Below are positions 62,382 through 64,000 of a DNA stretch of 64,000 nt, one piece after another (position 1 is the first letter of the stretch; each line of letters starts with the position of its first letter). A program made the position numbers and the translations under genes. Source of the DNA: Cetorhinus maximus (Eukaryota); assembly GCF_964194155.1 (NCBI RefSeq), contig NC_135906.1, positions 20,646,001 to 20,710,000 of the forward strand. Reading direction: 5' to 3'. The notes beneath the pieces are model-generated. The model was not told the origin of the DNA. It made no database searches and was given only the letters and a program-made list of their open reading frames with translations.

Positions 62382-62839
62382 GTAAGAAGTGACCTATTCA
62401 CCACTGATTTTACCAACCTGTGTGATTATTTTTGAAGTATGATATTGAACAGACGCCAGTGTTAAGTGCTCTGTGTTCTGCCAGTGTGACTATTGTAATA
62501 AATCCAATAACACCAGATTCTAATTCAGTAATATCAAGTACATGTTTTTCAAATTTGATTGCATGTGCTTAGCAGTCATCAGCCTCCTGTCTTCAATAGT
62601 CAAAACCCCTTGTGGATTCCAGTATTAGTAATGTGACACGTGGTGATTACATTATGTATCACTGAATTTATAGCAAACTGCCTGCTGCCTTTTCTTAATA
62701 AGTAAGTAGCAGTAAAAGGAAAATTGGCACTGTTGTGGAATAAATGGGCTATTTAATCTAGATGTATAGGATTGCTACTTTCTTGCTGCCAGCTTTCTTC
62801 CCTCTTGTGAAGCTTCTTGATTCTTGCAACAGTTTCCAT

Positions 62840-64000
62840 TGACCCTCAGCCTCCTCTCCCTCCCAGAACCATGATCATGTCCCCTTTGTCCTCACTTTTC
62901 ACCCCACCAGCCTCCGCATTCAAAGGATCATCCTCCGCCATTTCCGCCAACTCCAGCATGATGCCACCACCAAACACATATTCCTTTCACCCCCGCTGTC
63001 GGCATTCCGTAGGGACCGTTCCCTCCGGGACACCCTGGTCCACTCCTCCATCACCCCCAACACCTCAACTCCCTCCCACGGCACCTTCCATGCAACCGCA
63101 GAAGGTGCAACACCTGCCCCTTTACTTCCCCCCTCCTCACTGCGCAAGGGCCCAAACATTCCTTTCAAGTGAAGCAGCATTTCACTTGCACTTCCCTCAA
63201 TTTAGTCCACTGCATTCGCTGCTCCCAATGCGGTTTCCTCTACATTTGAGAAACCAAACGCAGACTGGGTGACCGCTTTGTGGAACACCTTCGGTCTGTC
63301 CGCAAGCATGGCCCAGACCTCCCTGTCGCTTGCCATTTCAACACCCCACCCTGCTCTCATGCCCACATGTCCGTCCTTGGCCTGCTGCAATGTTCCAGTG
63401 AAGCTCAACGCAAACTGGAGGAACAGCACCTCATCTTCCGACCAGGCACTTTACAGCCTTCCGGACTGAATATTGAGTTCAACAATTTTAGATCATGAAC
63501 TCTCTCCTCCATCCCCACCCCCTTTCCGATCCCCCTTTTTCAAATATTTATTTTAAAATTTTTATATATACATTTTTTCCCACCTATTTCTATTACTATT
63601 TTTAAAATGTATTTCCATTCATTGTTTTGTCTCCACCTTTTAACCTATTTTGATCTTTTTTCCCACACCGTCCCCTCCCCCCACCCCACCCCCACTAGGG
63701 TCATCTGTCACTTGCTCATCCTGCTTTCCACTCTTAATGTCACCATTAGCTTAGTCAGTATCATCACCGTCAACACCCCTTCGACTTTTTGTCCATGACA
63801 TCTTTTGCAATCTCTGCCTCCACCTATCACTGACCTTCTATCCAGCTTCACCTGTCCCCCCTCCTTAAACAGTATATATTTCACCACATTTCTTCTACTC
63901 TTTAGTTCCGAAAAAGAGCCATCTGGACTTGAAACATTAATCCTGTTTTTCTCTCCACAGGTGCTGTCAGACCTGCTGAGTTTTTCCAGTAATTTTTGTT
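62840..64000 (+). mobile_element. 5'-truncated Penelope-like element (disrupted GIY-YIG) in PIN1 intron 3
   Basis: EHLRSVRKHGPDLPVACHFN...GTLQPSGLNIEFN; degenerate hammerhead and tail at about 63903-64000. Confidence 0.9.

Noticed and set aside
1-64000. Prokaryotic-type systems (CRISPR, retron, operons)
   Set aside because: Spliceosomal genes and vertebrate TEs throughout; no repeat-spacer array; all RT sequence is LINE-derived.

Overview
Eukaryotic, repeat-rich vertebrate DNA. The repeat complement (CR1 LINEs, tRNA-SINEs, a DeuSINE, Penelope fragments) suggests a cartilaginous fish; that assignment is inferred, not shown. Most of the window is a tandem segmental duplication (copy A ~374-21089, copy B ~26573-49914). 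Each copy holds a ~525-aa Glu-rich ORF I cannot identify (+), a complete UBL5/Hub1 gene (-) with two U12-type minor introns, and the head-to-head UBL5/PIN1 promoter. Neither UBL5 copy appears in the ORF track, and both encode the same 73-aa protein. Copy B continues into PIN1 (coding exons 1-3 in the window). Copy A breaks exactly at the A of the PIN1 start codon, leaving an orphan promoter that points into LINE sequence. Other content: scrambled 28S rRNA relics, a diverged third fragment of a UBL5 intron, short TSD-flanked Penelope-derived insertions carrying minimal hammerhead ribozyme motifs, nested MITE/Penelope insertions, and a C-rich minisatellite running into a 200-N gap. All alignments were done by eye; repeat boundaries are approximate.
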